Shown one piece after another: positions 12,361 to 23,500 of a stretch of DNA of 64,000 nucleotides; within the stretch, counting starts at the first letter, position 1, and each line of letters opens with the position of its first letter. The DNA is taken from the NCBI RefSeq assembly GCF_000372725.1, contig NW_005202428.1:524679-588678 (forward strand). The letters are read 5' to 3'. This DNA is from Emiliania huxleyi CCMP1516. Lineage: Eukaryota. The notes beneath the pieces were generated by a model, which was given only the letters and a program-made list of their open reading frames with translations, was not told the DNA's origin and did not search any database. The position numbers and the translations under genes are program-made.

Positions 12361-13369
12361 TCACCCCTCGTCACAACCCGACACGGAAGAGCGGCAAGAG
12401 TTGGGGCTGCGGCTACGGCTGCGGCTATGAGAGGGGCCGGGGTCGCGGGAGAGCCGCTGCGCCGCGTGGACGCGCCTACACCGCTCTTGCTCCGCTCGCC
12501 ACCTCTCGCAAAGGTCCAAAGCCATAGCCACCACCTCCTCCGGCAAGTCCTTTCGCCGTATCTCGCCGTCCCTCCACGCCTGGAAGAGCTCGTCGTCATA
12601 GCCGTATTGCATCACAGCCTGCTGAACTGCGTCGTGTACGACCCCTGCCGTCCTATCCTGCGCCTCAGCGTCGGAAAAGTCGAACTCGGAGTCATACTCG
12701 GAAGCAGGCACAGACGGCCGCGGTGATTTGGCAGGCGGCGAGGAGGGGGAGGGGGAGCGCGGCGGTGCGCGCTCGTGCCTCCCGCTGGTGCCAGAAGGGC
12801 CAGCGCCCAGCGCGCTCAGCCTGTTCTTGTTCACCTTGGGAGAGGGGGGTGGGGGTCCACCTCCCTTGGGTGCGGGCTGGCGGTCAGGCTTGCGCTTGAC
12901 CGCCTTGCCCGGCGGCTTGCGGCCAGGGTTCCTCATGGTGAACCTGTCCGGCATGCCGCCCTTCCCAACCCTGGTCCACCCCTCGGGCGACTCGTTGGGC
13001 TGGGGTTGCTGCATCTGTTGGTGCTGCGGGTGTGCCTGCGGTGCTGCGGCCGGAGCTGCAGCGGCGGCAGGCGGTGCTGCGGGCGGTGCCGCGGCGGAGG
13101 TGGCAGCAGGCACAGGCTGCGGTGGGGCACTGCCCTCCTTGGCCTGCTGCCGCTCCCTGTTCCCTCTCCCACTGGGACTGGGGCTGGACAATGAACTGCT
13201 TGCCCATGGGCGTCGGGTTGACGCTGAAGCTCCACCAGTTGCGCTCCACGGCGAGCTGCGAGAGGATGCGAATCATCGCCTCGTCTTGCGGCGCCACCGC
13301 CTCTCCTGTGGCTTGCGCGCACAGTTTGAGCCTGGCCGCAACGGACGGGCCATCGCGAGCGTCGGCCAT
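12361..13369 (-). other. Hypothetical, apparently frameshifted Pro/Gln-rich ORF pair; possibly a retroelement ORF1-like remnant
   Basis: Overlapping ORFs 12884-13369 and 12361-13191 have AT-rich flanks including (TAAA)n at about 12260. No recognisable domain. Confidence 0.3.
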
Positions 13370-13531
13370 GGCCCTGTTTCGCCGTTTTGTAAAGTTTTCG
13401 AGAACGCGATGCTGAGCATACGTTTAAAACTCTCTTTAGAATATAGAAAAAAAACACGGGGCGACCCCGAGCCGCAGCTTTGATATTCAAAGAACCACAC
13501 GATCAGCCACTCTCAGTATTTTGAGGGCCTG

Positions 13532-15100
13532 CTAGTCGATGCAGCCCCGCTCCTCGACACGCTTCCTCCTTCTCCGCTTCCAGTCGCACACACTGAGCAG
13601 GGCAACTGGTCCGCTCAGGACAACGATTCCAAACAGGGCCACGTCGGCGGCTGGGAACGCGGAGCAGTGCAGCGCCTCGCTCTTCACTCTCGACACAAGG
13701 CTCGACCGAGCACTGTTGTCTATATCGCGGAGCGCGATGGCGTCCCCCCACGTTGTCGCCGGCCGTTCCAGTGCCGCACGGTCCCAAATCGCCGCCGAGA
13801 ACTCTTGGAGCCACTCCTCCAAGATGCGATCGAGCCGTTCTTTCAGTGCATACATCGTGTAGCACACAATGTCCGTGTGGCATCCGTGGCAAAAGTGCGC
13901 GCCAACCACGATGAACTTCAATGGCGCACCCGTGAAGATGCCAAACGCAAGACTGCGAAGAGCTTCTGTCATCCATCGCGCGCTCGAGGTGAGGAAGGTG
14001 TGCTGGAACGTGCTCGTGCGGCCAGGCGGCAGCGGCGGCCAGACGTCATCGGCTGAAGGGCAGCTGCAATCGTTGCTTCTCTTCGAAGCGTCGCTCACCA
14101 GCGTGTCTTTGGTGGCGATATAGGCGTGCCACACCGGCATCTGAAAGAAGTAATTCACCATCATCGATGTCTCGTTGGGCGGCGCCTCGGTGTGGTGCAG
14201 CATGCCGATTGGCACGTAAATCATGTCGCCGGGTGTGAGAACCACCTTCATCCACTTGGATCTGTTGTACCGTGGATATTTGGAAAGGTACTTTTCCGGA
14301 TGCTTGAAGTCGATCGGACTCTTCTGCTTGCCGTAGTCTTCTGCTTCATACGGATAGTACACGTTGTCATAATGCGTGTGATCGGCGACGTAGAATGTCT
14401 TGTTGCCTCTGAGCATGACGGCAAAGTTCTCGTGACTGTCAAAGTGGGTGACCGATTGCTGGCCGCCGCTGCCGCTCCACCACAAGTGCGAAACAGCCTC
14501 CCTGAGCGCGCCCGAAAAGCCACGCAGGAATTGCGATGTAGTGTTGCTCACACCAGCACCTTCGATCAGCCAGCCAAAGTCCGAGTCGACCACGTACAGC
14601 TTCTCCCTCTTTGATCGAGCAATGTAATCTGCGGCCGACATAATCTCGGGCTTTCCGTTGCGCTCTCTGTACTCAAACTCGTGTAGCGAGCCCTCCGCCT
14701 GCACTTCGACCCCATTCGCTGTGAGCATTTCAGCGAGCTCCTCGTCATTGCGGATGCGCGTCAGGTACTCGTTGTCAGTCAGGACGTTCCTAAAGACTGC
14801 CGGTCGAAGCTCTTGCAAATTGCTCCGCACGAACTGGCGAAAGGCCGCCACGCCGTCCACCATCGAGCTCTCGGCCCCAAAGTCGAACTCATCGACGCCG
14901 CCGAGAGGTACGCGGCGGAAGTTTGCGCAACTCCGTCTGGTGGAGGTCTCCACGTACTCTCCTCGCTTCTCGGCTCTCGTCGATGCCGCAGTCATCCTGA
15001 TGACGTGCACAATGACGACGGCAGCGATCAGAAGCAATGGCGTGAACACTCCGACGACAATCGGACCCGCCACTCGCTTCATCGACTCTTTCAATTTCAT
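13532..15100 (-). CDS. JmjC/cupin-8 family Fe(II)/2-oxoglutarate oxygenase with N-terminal transmembrane anchor, intronless
   Basis: RPAVFRN; LWWSG..SVTHFDSHENFAVMLRGNKTF (HxD, K); LTPGDMIYVPIGMLHH (distal His); hydrophobic IVVGVFTPLLLIAAVVIVHVI. Confidence 0.85.
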   Translation of the reverse strand: MKLKESMKRVAGPIVVGVFTPLLLIAAVVIVHVIRMTAASTRAEKRGEYVETSTRRSCANFRRVPLGGVDEFDFGAESSMVDGVAAFRQFVRSNLQELRPAVFRNVLTDNEYLTRIRNDEELAEMLTANGVEVQAEGSLHEFEYRERNGKPEIMSAADYIARSKREKLYVVDSDFGWLIEGAGVSNTTSQFLRGFSGALREAVSHLWWSGSGGQQSVTHFDSHENFAVMLRGNKTFYVADHTHYDNVYYPYEAEDYGKQKSPIDFKHPEKYLSKYPRYNRSKWMKVVLTPGDMIYVPIGMLHHTEAPPNETSMMVNYFFQMPVWHAYIATKDTLVSDASKRSNDCSCPSADDVWPPLPPGRTSTFQHTFLTSSARWMTEALRSLAFGIFTGAPLKFIVVGAHFCHGCHTDIVCYTMYALKERLDRILEEWLQEFSAAIWDRAALERPATTWGDAIALRDIDNSARSSLVSRVKSEALHCSAFPAADVALFGIVVLSGPVALLSVCDWKRRRRKRVEERGCID

Positions 15101-15880
15101 GTCGGCGATGGAAAGGAGCCGGGTGCGCCGGCCGGATATGACCAGGGTGCTGCGCCAGCCGGATGTGACTAGAGACCGCCGGCGTTCGTAAAAGAGTTGT
15201 TTCTTTTCAAAGCGAAAACTACGGGAATGTACGTAAGAGCCACATACACTAAAAAATGGCTGCAGAGGCGGCGGGCGAGCCGGAGGTGGCGCCATCGCCG
15301 GCGCCGCCGCCGGTGTTCAAGACGCTCAGGGAGAAGAAGTCGGCTCAGGCGTCGGCGGAGGGCTAGGCGGCGGAGGTGGCGAGGGCCGAGGAGCTCTACG
15401 AGGAGCTGTGCGAGCGCGCGCCCCAGCACTGCCGCCGTGGCGGCAAGTGGGCGCGCGAGAAGTTCGTGATGGCGGTGCAGGGAGAGTTAGTTCCCACGCG
15501 CGCGAGGGGCAGGCGTTCCCGAGGGGACGATCCTGTGCCTCGGCAGGGCGCTCGACGCGCACGATGAGCAGGACGACGCGGAGGGTGGGCGCCGGGATTG
15601 GGAGGAGGACCCGCTCGGGTTCGACACCAACCCGGGGCTGCTCCGCGCCATGTGCATGGCGTTCGAGTGAACGCCGGCCGTGCAGGCAGCCCGTGCCTTT
15701 TGGTGTACCCCGTTTGTGCCGCGTCCTGTGCCCCCGAGTTCATTTAATAACAAAAAATGGTCGACAAAACGACGAGGGGGGCCTCGGAAGACGGGTTCCC
15801 GCCCGGCGCCTAGTTTGTCACAAAAGGCGGGACTCCATTCGCCCCAAAACGGGAAGCCGCCGTGCGCGCCTACATTCCAC

Positions 15881-16831
15881 ATGGGGAGGCTCGAGGGCGG
15901 CAAGGCCAGAGCGCTGGCCACAGTGCGAAGCGAGGACTTTATCGTGCTCGTAGCCTCCGCCGCGTTGCTCGGAGTCTGCGCCGTCGTCGGCCCGATTCTG
16001 GTGCCGACGCGTGAGCAGGTCCTCCCGTTCCAAGTGGTTGACCTCGGCATCACCAACGGCGACGGAACGCCCGCGACCGTGGTCCTGCGCGATCAGACCT
16101 ACGACAAGCCTGTCGTCGACGAGAGGGTTCCGAACTGGGCCCTCGGCATCATCAACATCGCAGGAGTAGTCCTCACAGGGTTCGTGGGCGCATTCCTGCC
16201 AAAGTGCTGCTTCGGCGGCCATGGCGAGGGCATGCGCGCCCTGTCGGCCGCCTTTGTCTCGGTGGGCGTGTGCACTCTTGCGGCCGGAATCCTCCGCTCG
16301 TACTTCGGAATCCTCCGTCCCAACTTCTTCGATGGCTGCGGCTGGAACAATACTCTGGCGGCGTGCACCACTGGCTGGAAGGGCGAGGACCACGATTTGG
16401 ACGAGGGCCGACGGTCATTCCCGTCCGGCCACACAGCGTCTGCCTTCTCGACCCTCTTCCTCCTCTCTCTCTGTCTGCTGCGCATCGCGCGTGCCACTCG
16501 CGCTTCGCACGCAGCAACGGATCACGTTGGCTTGAGCAAGCGCCTGCTCCCCACGGTTCTCACTGTCGTGGCCATGCTACCGCCGACGGGCGCAACTCTT
16601 ATCGCGGCCACTCGGGTCACTGACTATTACCACCACACCGCCGATGTAGTGGCTGGCGCATTCCTAGGAGTGGCCTGCGCCGCTCTCGCGGCGGAGAGCC
16701 TGCTGCCCGACTTTGGCGAGGACCTGTGCGAGGGCCGAGTGCGCGTGCGGCCCGTGAGGGCATCGTCCAGCGTGGCGATCACGAGCGTGCCTCGTCGCGA
16801 AAGCACCTCAAGCGACGCTGGCCGCCTGTGA
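15881..16831 (+). CDS. PAP2-family lipid phosphate phosphatase, intronless
   Basis: Motifs RxxxxxxRP (RSYFGILRP), SFPSGH and TRVTDYYHHTADVVAG, with about six hydrophobic helices. Confidence 0.9.
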   Translation: MGRLEGGKARALATVRSEDFIVLVASAALLGVCAVVGPILVPTREQVLPFQVVDLGITNGDGTPATVVLRDQTYDKPVVDERVPNWALGIINIAGVVLTGFVGAFLPKCCFGGHGEGMRALSAAFVSVGVCTLAAGILRSYFGILRPNFFDGCGWNNTLAACTTGWKGEDHDLDEGRRSFPSGHTASAFSTLFLLSLCLLRIARATRASHAATDHVGLSKRLLPTVLTVVAMLPPTGATLIAATRVTDYYHHTADVVAGAFLGVACAALAAESLLPDFGEDLCEGRVRVRPVRASSSVAITSVPRRESTSSDAGRL

Positions 16832-17231
16832 TGGAGGCCGTCTCCGACAAAGCGGAAGGCAAGCGGCGCTGCTGAGCGCGCCACGGTAAGTCGTGTGAGC
16901 GCAACAAACGCGTCACAACATGGCGGCCGATGCAGTTGCACGCGACCCACAGCCCACCAGACCCACACAGATCTCGGATGCTCAGTCCTCAGTGGGGGAG
17001 GTACAGGACCCGCCCACGCGCTACGGGCGCACCTAGTCCTCGTAAACGAAAATTAGTGCTCGAGTACAAAAAGTGTTAACACGCACCGACTCGCGACAGG
17101 ACCCGACTGGCGACTCTCCTTGCCTCACAACGTCTCGAGACACATACCTCTCACGCACCACCCATGCATCCGAAAAGCACCTCGAGACACACACAACAAG
17201 CTGAGCTCTAGCTACAAGCTAGCGGAAGAGG

Positions 17232-19072
17232 CTATGCTGGTGCGGCGGCGGTACTGCGCCGTTGCACCCCTCCACGTGGGCCTCCACGCCCTCCGCCTTC
17301 CTCGCAAAGACCGTCGAGCCAACGCACCTGCGGCCAAGCGGCACGGGCAGCGGTGGGGCACCCGCCCTTCCCCAGCCTCAGCCCGCCCGCCCCTTCACCG
17401 CACCTCTTGCCAATCGGGCGGGGGCACGCCCAAGCTCCGCCGCGCCGCCGCATCCCAAAGCCGCAGAGGACCTAGCAGGGAGCGTGTGAGGGCGTAGACA
17501 TCCTGACGCCCTTGGTGTGCTAACCCCTCTCACTGCATACTAGCTGCCCCGTCGGCGAGCCTCTCGTCGAGCTGGAGCACCGACGCGGCCCGCGGCCCGC
17601 TGCTGTTGAGCCGCGCCGCGGCAAACGAGGGCAGGAGCGTCTCCTGCGCGGGGCGGGAGGGAGAGGGGGGGGTGAAAGGGGGGGGCGGGGCGGGAGGTGC
17701 GTGTGCTGCACTGACTGACTGACGGAAGGGAGGGGGGGGGGCTCCTCCGGCGCGAGCCAGAGCACCGGCCGGGCATGCACCTACCAGTCATCACTCAGTG
17801 AGCACTCGCTCACTCTTGATGGCCGGGCAAGCACCGGCGAGATGAAGGCACGAGAGTCAGGGGAGGGTGGAGACGGTCTCGCGCAACCGGAGCACCGCGT
17901 GCATACGAGGGATACCGACACAGTGAGCAGAGCTGCATGCCGAATCCCGTGGAGTCCCCCCGCCTCCTCTCGAGTGCTGCTCGGAAGGCACAGAGACGGT
18001 TACGCATCTCCTACCACGCACCGCGCGCCGTGCAGGGAGCCGCGGCAAGGCGCCCGCCGCACAGAGCCCGTCGTGAAAGGCGGCGAGCACGTCCCACGGG
18101 TAGAAGGAGCCTACTCGTCTCGGACAAGCCGCCTCAGCCTGCCGGGGCCCCGCCAGGCGCCTCGCTGCTCCGCCAGCACGAGCCGCACGCACCCTCGTGC
18201 TTCCTAGACACTTCCTAGACACTTCCTAGACACTTCCTAGACACTTCCTAGCCGCACGCACCCTCGTGCTTCTGCACCACCAGCCTGCCGGCCGCGCCGA
18301 CCGCCCACCGCATCGCAGCGTCGTCGAAGCTGGCGCGGTGGCGCGGCGCCACGGCGGCGACGGCGGCACCCAGATCGATCCACGCCGCCCCGATGGCGGA
18401 GGAGACGCGCCGCGCCGCCGCCGCCTCGGCGCCGCTCGCGATCCAGCGCATGTCGGCCGAGGCGAGGAGCAACGTCTGTGGCGGCGCCTGCAGAGGGAGA
18501 GGACGCGGCTGCCGACTTGCCGGTGCGATCAACGCCGCGGCGCTGACGCTGTCTATCGAGTGCTGTGGCCGCGGATAGGCGGGCAAGAGCGCTCTCGCTG
18601 CGGCGCGTGCTGCACAGCTCGCCGTTGCGAGGAGCCGGACGTTAAGGAGGTGCGCGAGGAGGATAGAGCCGTCGCCGGCGGTGACATGCACGCACTTTGG
18701 GTTGAGGGTGACGCGCGGGAGGCGGCCGAGCGCGTTTCGCTCTTCGGAAGTTGTGTTCGCGCCGCAGCCGACGTGCAGAATCACTCGCGTGGACGGCTGG
18801 TCCGGCGGCTGCTCGAGGTGGGAGAGCAGGCTGGTGAGCGTCGCGTTGATGGCACAGTGCGGGTCTGACGTGGTCAGGGAGACCGCGAAGCCAGAGGCGG
18901 CGAGAGTGCGCGGGAGACGAGAACACAGCTTGCACAAGGGGGGGGGGGGGCGGGAGCTGAGAAACCTCGAGACGGTGTGTCCCTAGCGCCGATGCAACGT
19001 GGATGGAGTGGAGACAGGGACGGCCATCAGGATGAAAAGACTGCGTTGTGGCTCCCTGCTCGGGAGGAGCTC
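17232..19072 (-). other. Probable hypothetical multi-exon gene (frames not resolved)
   Basis: Coding-like ORFs at 18248-18937 and 17857-18222 flank an intron-like (CTAGACACTTC)n array at 18204-18250, which is bounded by a 22-bp direct repeat. Confidence 0.3.
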
Positions 19073-19322
19073 ATGCTGTGCCGAGGGCTTAGAAATTGAA
19101 GGAGCGCGCCGCGCCCTAACTGTAGGAACGCGTCGGCGGTGATTCGCACGAACACGGGGACGGACGGCCGTACGGCCGACGACCACGTTAGCTGGGGGGC
19201 CGAGCCCGCCCCCTGATCCCTTACCCTCCCCCAAAACCCAAACTCTTCCCTCTCACACGCCTCGAGGCACACTCACTGGATTCACACACAAAAGCAGACG
19301 AAAAATAAAATCCCACAATTCC

Positions 19323-20546
19323 TCAGGTCGAGCTCCACACCCGCTTGCCATCGTACCCGCACCCCGTGGAGCAGCACACACCCGCCTCGAGCTCGGGCGG
19401 CGTGCAGAGACGTCCCCCCAGGCCGGCACAGGCCCGATCCGCGTCGCTGTAGCGGCTCGACCCGAGGCACTCGCCGCCCGCCCTTTTCGACACGCACCGG
19501 ACCTCGCTCCCCGCGCCCGTGCAACAACGGACGTAGGCGAAATCCGTGACGAGCAGCTCGGCGCGTGCGTGCGCTTCCCCCCGATGCGGACACCCATCCG
19601 CAGCGACACGTATGGAGGGCGGCGGATTAGATGCGTCGTCCACCACCGGAGGCCTGGTCGGGTTGTACTCGTCCACCACCGGAGGCCGGGTCGGGTTGTA
19701 CTCGTCGCTCCCGCGTACCAAAGCGCTGTCGCATGCTATTTCCGTGCAGGGGGCTTGCGCCGGGTCGCCGCTGCTCGGGCAGGTGCAGGTGTTGCAGCCG
19801 TCGAGGGCCGCAAAGATCGTGCCGGGCTCGCAGTCCCTCGCCCAGACAAGGGCGGAGTCGTGCCCACAGCCCGTGCCGTAAGCGCAGTTGTCCTGCAGCT
19901 CGGCCGCAGTGCAAAGGCGCGCGCCCGCCCCAATGCAGATGGCGGTCGCCTCGGCGTGCGTCTTGTTGTGCTGGCAGCCGCCCAGACTGCCCAGATCCGA
20001 CTCGGTCCAAACCGAGCACCCGCCCCTCTTCGCCCAGCCGCTGACATGCGAATCGGCACAGCAGCGCACCGCGTGCATCTCTGTCTGGCTCCTCCACCCC
20101 TCGGCCCTGGGGCACCAGCCAGCCCTGCCGCACCCGAGAAAGTAGGTGGCTGCAGAAGTACTGGGAGCCGGAGGCGGAGCCTCAGACGCGCCTACTCCTC
20201 CGGAGCAGACAGCGCCGCCGGTATTCGCGCAGATCCAATCGGTGTACGCCTGCACGCGCGTGTAGATCCCCGGGTATCCGTTATCGCCGCACCCGTAGCC
20301 CCAGCTGACGACCCCAACGAGGGTGCGCTCGCCCGTCGCCACGCTGACGCCAAACAGTGGTCCGCCCGAGTCGCCCTGGCACGAGTCGAGGCCCGTCCTT
20401 CCCGCGCAGAGCATCGAATCCGGGAAGTAGTCGCTGCCGTACATGTTTTGGCTTCCGCACTCAGGTACTGCAGGCACCGTCACGTGACGAGGCTTGTCGG
20501 GTGACGGCCCGTCGGACTGAGTGACGCCCCAGCCCGCGGCGATCAC
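19323..20546 (-). CDS. C-terminal half of a trypsin-like (S1) protease + Cys-rich modules + pacifastin-like inhibitor domain; likely the 3' end of the mosaic protease gene
   Basis: AAGWG, SMLCAG..DSCQGDSGGPL, LVGVVSWGYGC..PGIYTRV. Pacifastin-like CEPG..DGCNTCTC..G...CTEIAC. Two VRCC..RLCT..EL..CxxTGCxxD..VW modules. Confidence 0.85.
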   Translation of the reverse strand: MIAAGWGVTQSDGPSPDKPRHVTVPAVPECGSQNMYGSDYFPDSMLCAGRTGLDSCQGDSGGPLFGVSVATGERTLVGVVSWGYGCGDNGYPGIYTRVQAYTDWICANTGGAVCSGGVGASEAPPPAPSTSAATYFLGCGRAGWCPRAEGWRSQTEMHAVRCCADSHVSGWAKRGGCSVWTESDLGSLGGCQHNKTHAEATAICIGAGARLCTAAELQDNCAYGTGCGHDSALVWARDCEPGTIFAALDGCNTCTCPSSGDPAQAPCTEIACDSALVRGSDEYNPTRPPVVDEYNPTRPPVVDDASNPPPSIRVAADGCPHRGEAHARAELLVTDFAYVRCCTGAGSEVRCVSKRAGGECLGSSRYSDADRACAGLGGRLCTPPELEAGVCCSTGCGYDGKRVWSST

Positions 20547-23500
20547 AGTCCGGCAATGCAGTCGGCGTTGCTGTTCGATGTGCGACGGTAGCAGGTGGAG
20601 CCGTCACAGCACTGCGCTGCGATGGCCTTCCCGTCGTACCTGGTGGCTGAGGAGTCCTGGACGCACGCCTCGGTGTCTGAGTCCCCATCGATAATCACCA
20701 CACCGTGCAAAGGGAAGGGCGTAAGCGCTGGCGGTGTTGGAGGGGGTGGCGGCGACGACGACACCGACGAGCAAAGCTTGCTCGTCCACACCCAGATGCT
20801 ATTGTACGAGCAGCCTTTCCCCTTGCAGTTGCCGTCGCACAGGGTGTAGCCGAGCACGGCGCAGCGCTCTGATGCCTCTGCCCACGTGGTGTATTCGAAG
20901 GAGGTGGAGCCCCACAGTCCGGCAATGCAGTCGGCGTTGCTGTTGGATGTGCGACGGTAGCAGGTGGAGCCGTCACAGCACTGCGCTGCGATGGCCTTCC
21001 CGTCGTACCTGGTGGCTGAGGAGTCCTGGACGCACGCCTCGGTGTCTGAGTCCCCATCGATAATCACCACGCCTTGCAAAGGGAACGAAGGCGATGCGGA
21101 GGGAGGCGACGGCGACGGCGACGGCGAAGGCGGCGGTGGGAGGGAGGGCGGCGGCGGAGACGGCGGCACAAACGGTGGCGGCGGCGACGGCGAAGCCGAG
21201 GGCGGCGACGGCGAGGTTGGAGGTGGTGGGGGTGGTGGTGAGGGCACGTCGCAGATGGCGACCGCGGGGTCCACGTCGCAAGACCAGCCGTCACTTGTGG
21301 AGCCGTCGACGTACGTCGTGATCGCGCTGCTCGGCAGCGCCGTGCTGCTGGCCGTGGCGTAGCTGATTGTCAGCTCCCCGCCGCAGCCTGGCACGGTGAC
21401 CCCACCGATTCGCCCTACCCCATCGCGCCGCAAAATCACACACAGTACGGCAGCCGTGCCGTCCGCCGCCACCGAGAGGTCTAGCCCAGCGGCCGACTCG
21501 TACATACGCGAGCGCGTACCATCCTCGGACGCAAACATCTCGAGGTGGAACAGGACCCAGCCAAGCGCGACGGCACTACTACCACCCACGAGGCGGTCGA
21601 CGGCGACATGCAGCTGCGTGGAAGACGAGAGGAGGTACTGGTTGCCCACTTGGCTCGCGATGATCTCTTGGGGCGCTCCCTTGAAGAACTCGTCCGGGCC
21701 GCCGGCGCGGCAATTGAGGCGCAGCCAGTCGTCCGTCACTGCGGCGGAGGCCTTGAGGCCGTCGAACAGCGCGCTCATCCGCGTGTCGGCCTGTACGACG
21801 CGATCGAATTGGTGCGCCACCTCGTGCCGGATCACCGTCATCGAGTGGTCGCCGCGGACGGAGGCGCCGGTACACCCAAACGCCTCTTCGGTGCCATCGC
21901 CCACGTCCATCTTGAACACATTGTACCCGCGCTCGGTGAGGCCGCCGAGAAGCCCGTCGCTGCTGTGATCGCCGCCGCACCGAAAGCTGTCACGCACGGT
22001 CATCGTGGCAAACTGCGCCTCGTACAGCACGCCATCCACGCGGAGGTGGAGCGGCAAGTCATCATACATGCTCTCCGTGAGCTGCACAGTAATGTCGTCC
22101 ATCCAGTTGCCGTCGGCGAGGTACACGTGGTGCGCCTCAAAGAGGGCGGCGCGCGGCGCAGAGTCGATGAGCGCGCGGCTCGCGTTCCTATCGATGAGCA
22201 GCAGCAGCCCGCGCAGCCAGTGGAAGAGGACCGCGCCGTCGTTGCACGCCGTTGCCGGCTCATTGCACATGCCCGACGCGGACTTCGAGAGCACTGTGGC
22301 CGAAATGCTCATGGAGGTGTCGAGCGCCGAGGCGAACGTAGGGTCGGTTGCGAGATATGCGTCGCGCGCAGGGATGAGCCCCTGCAACGCCGTGGCCGCG
22401 GCGAAGTTCGCCTCGGCGTCCGTGGGCCCGTCGCAGAAGGCTTGCGCCGTGCCGATGGCGGATAGCAGCCGCGTGCCCGGCAGCACGCAGGTGACGGACG
22501 GATCTGAGCAGGGCAGCACGTTGTACAGCGTCCACAGCGAGTGCTCCTTCGGCGGGTCGGGCTCCGAGCAACAGCGGCAGCCCCAGGAGGTGTACGCCGA
22601 GGAGAACATGAAGGTCGTGCAGCCAGCGACTCCCGCGGCGAGCGAGCAGAGCTCAGCACTGGCGTACTCTCCCAGGTTCTTCCATTGGAAAGCACATTCT
22701 GCGTTCATTTGCCTCACCTCGTAGGTGTACGTCTCGGGCTGCGGTGAAGGGAATCCCAGTGGTGGCAGCGGTGGTGGAGGTGGCGACACCGCTACGCAGT
22801 AGCCCCAGTTCCGCCCCTCGCAGTCCTCGTCCACCACAAAGCACCACTCTCCGCCTGGGTCGCCATCGGGGTTGCCGCAGTAGTCGGAGACGGGGTGACC
22901 AGGGGAGCCATCCATCTCCCACTCCTTCTGACACGCGCAGCCGGAGACGGTTTCGCGCGCGGGCGTTGGCGGAGGCGGTGCCGAGGATACCGCCGGTGGT
23001 GGCGAGGGCGGTGGCAGTGAAGGTGACGGTGGCGGCGGTGATGGCGGTGGGGGCAGTGACGGTGACGGTGGAGGTGGTGATGACGCCGATGATGGAGTCC
23101 GATCGCCGCAATCGGTGCAGTCACTGCCCAAGGGGCAGACAGAATACTCAGATTCGGGGCCACCGTCGTCGCATTCGCCGTCGTCGACGTGCGGGCATCG
23201 CTGCGCGTCATCGGTGCAATATTCCGATGGGGGCCGGGGTGCTTGCGATCGTGGGCCACAGTCGGTGCAATCCGAGGCCCAGCTGCAGATGTTATAGTCG
23301 GAGCCAGGACCGCCATCATCGCAGTCACCGTCGTCCAGATGGTCACATCCCGCTGGGTCGTCGACGCATTCGCCCTCGAAAAGAGATGGTGGGGGCAGCG
23401 GAGACGGCGATGGGGGTGGGAGAGGCCGCGGGGATACCACTAGTGAGGGTGGGGCGACTAGAGGTGGGGAGACCACCGGGCTGACATCGGCCGGTGGCCT

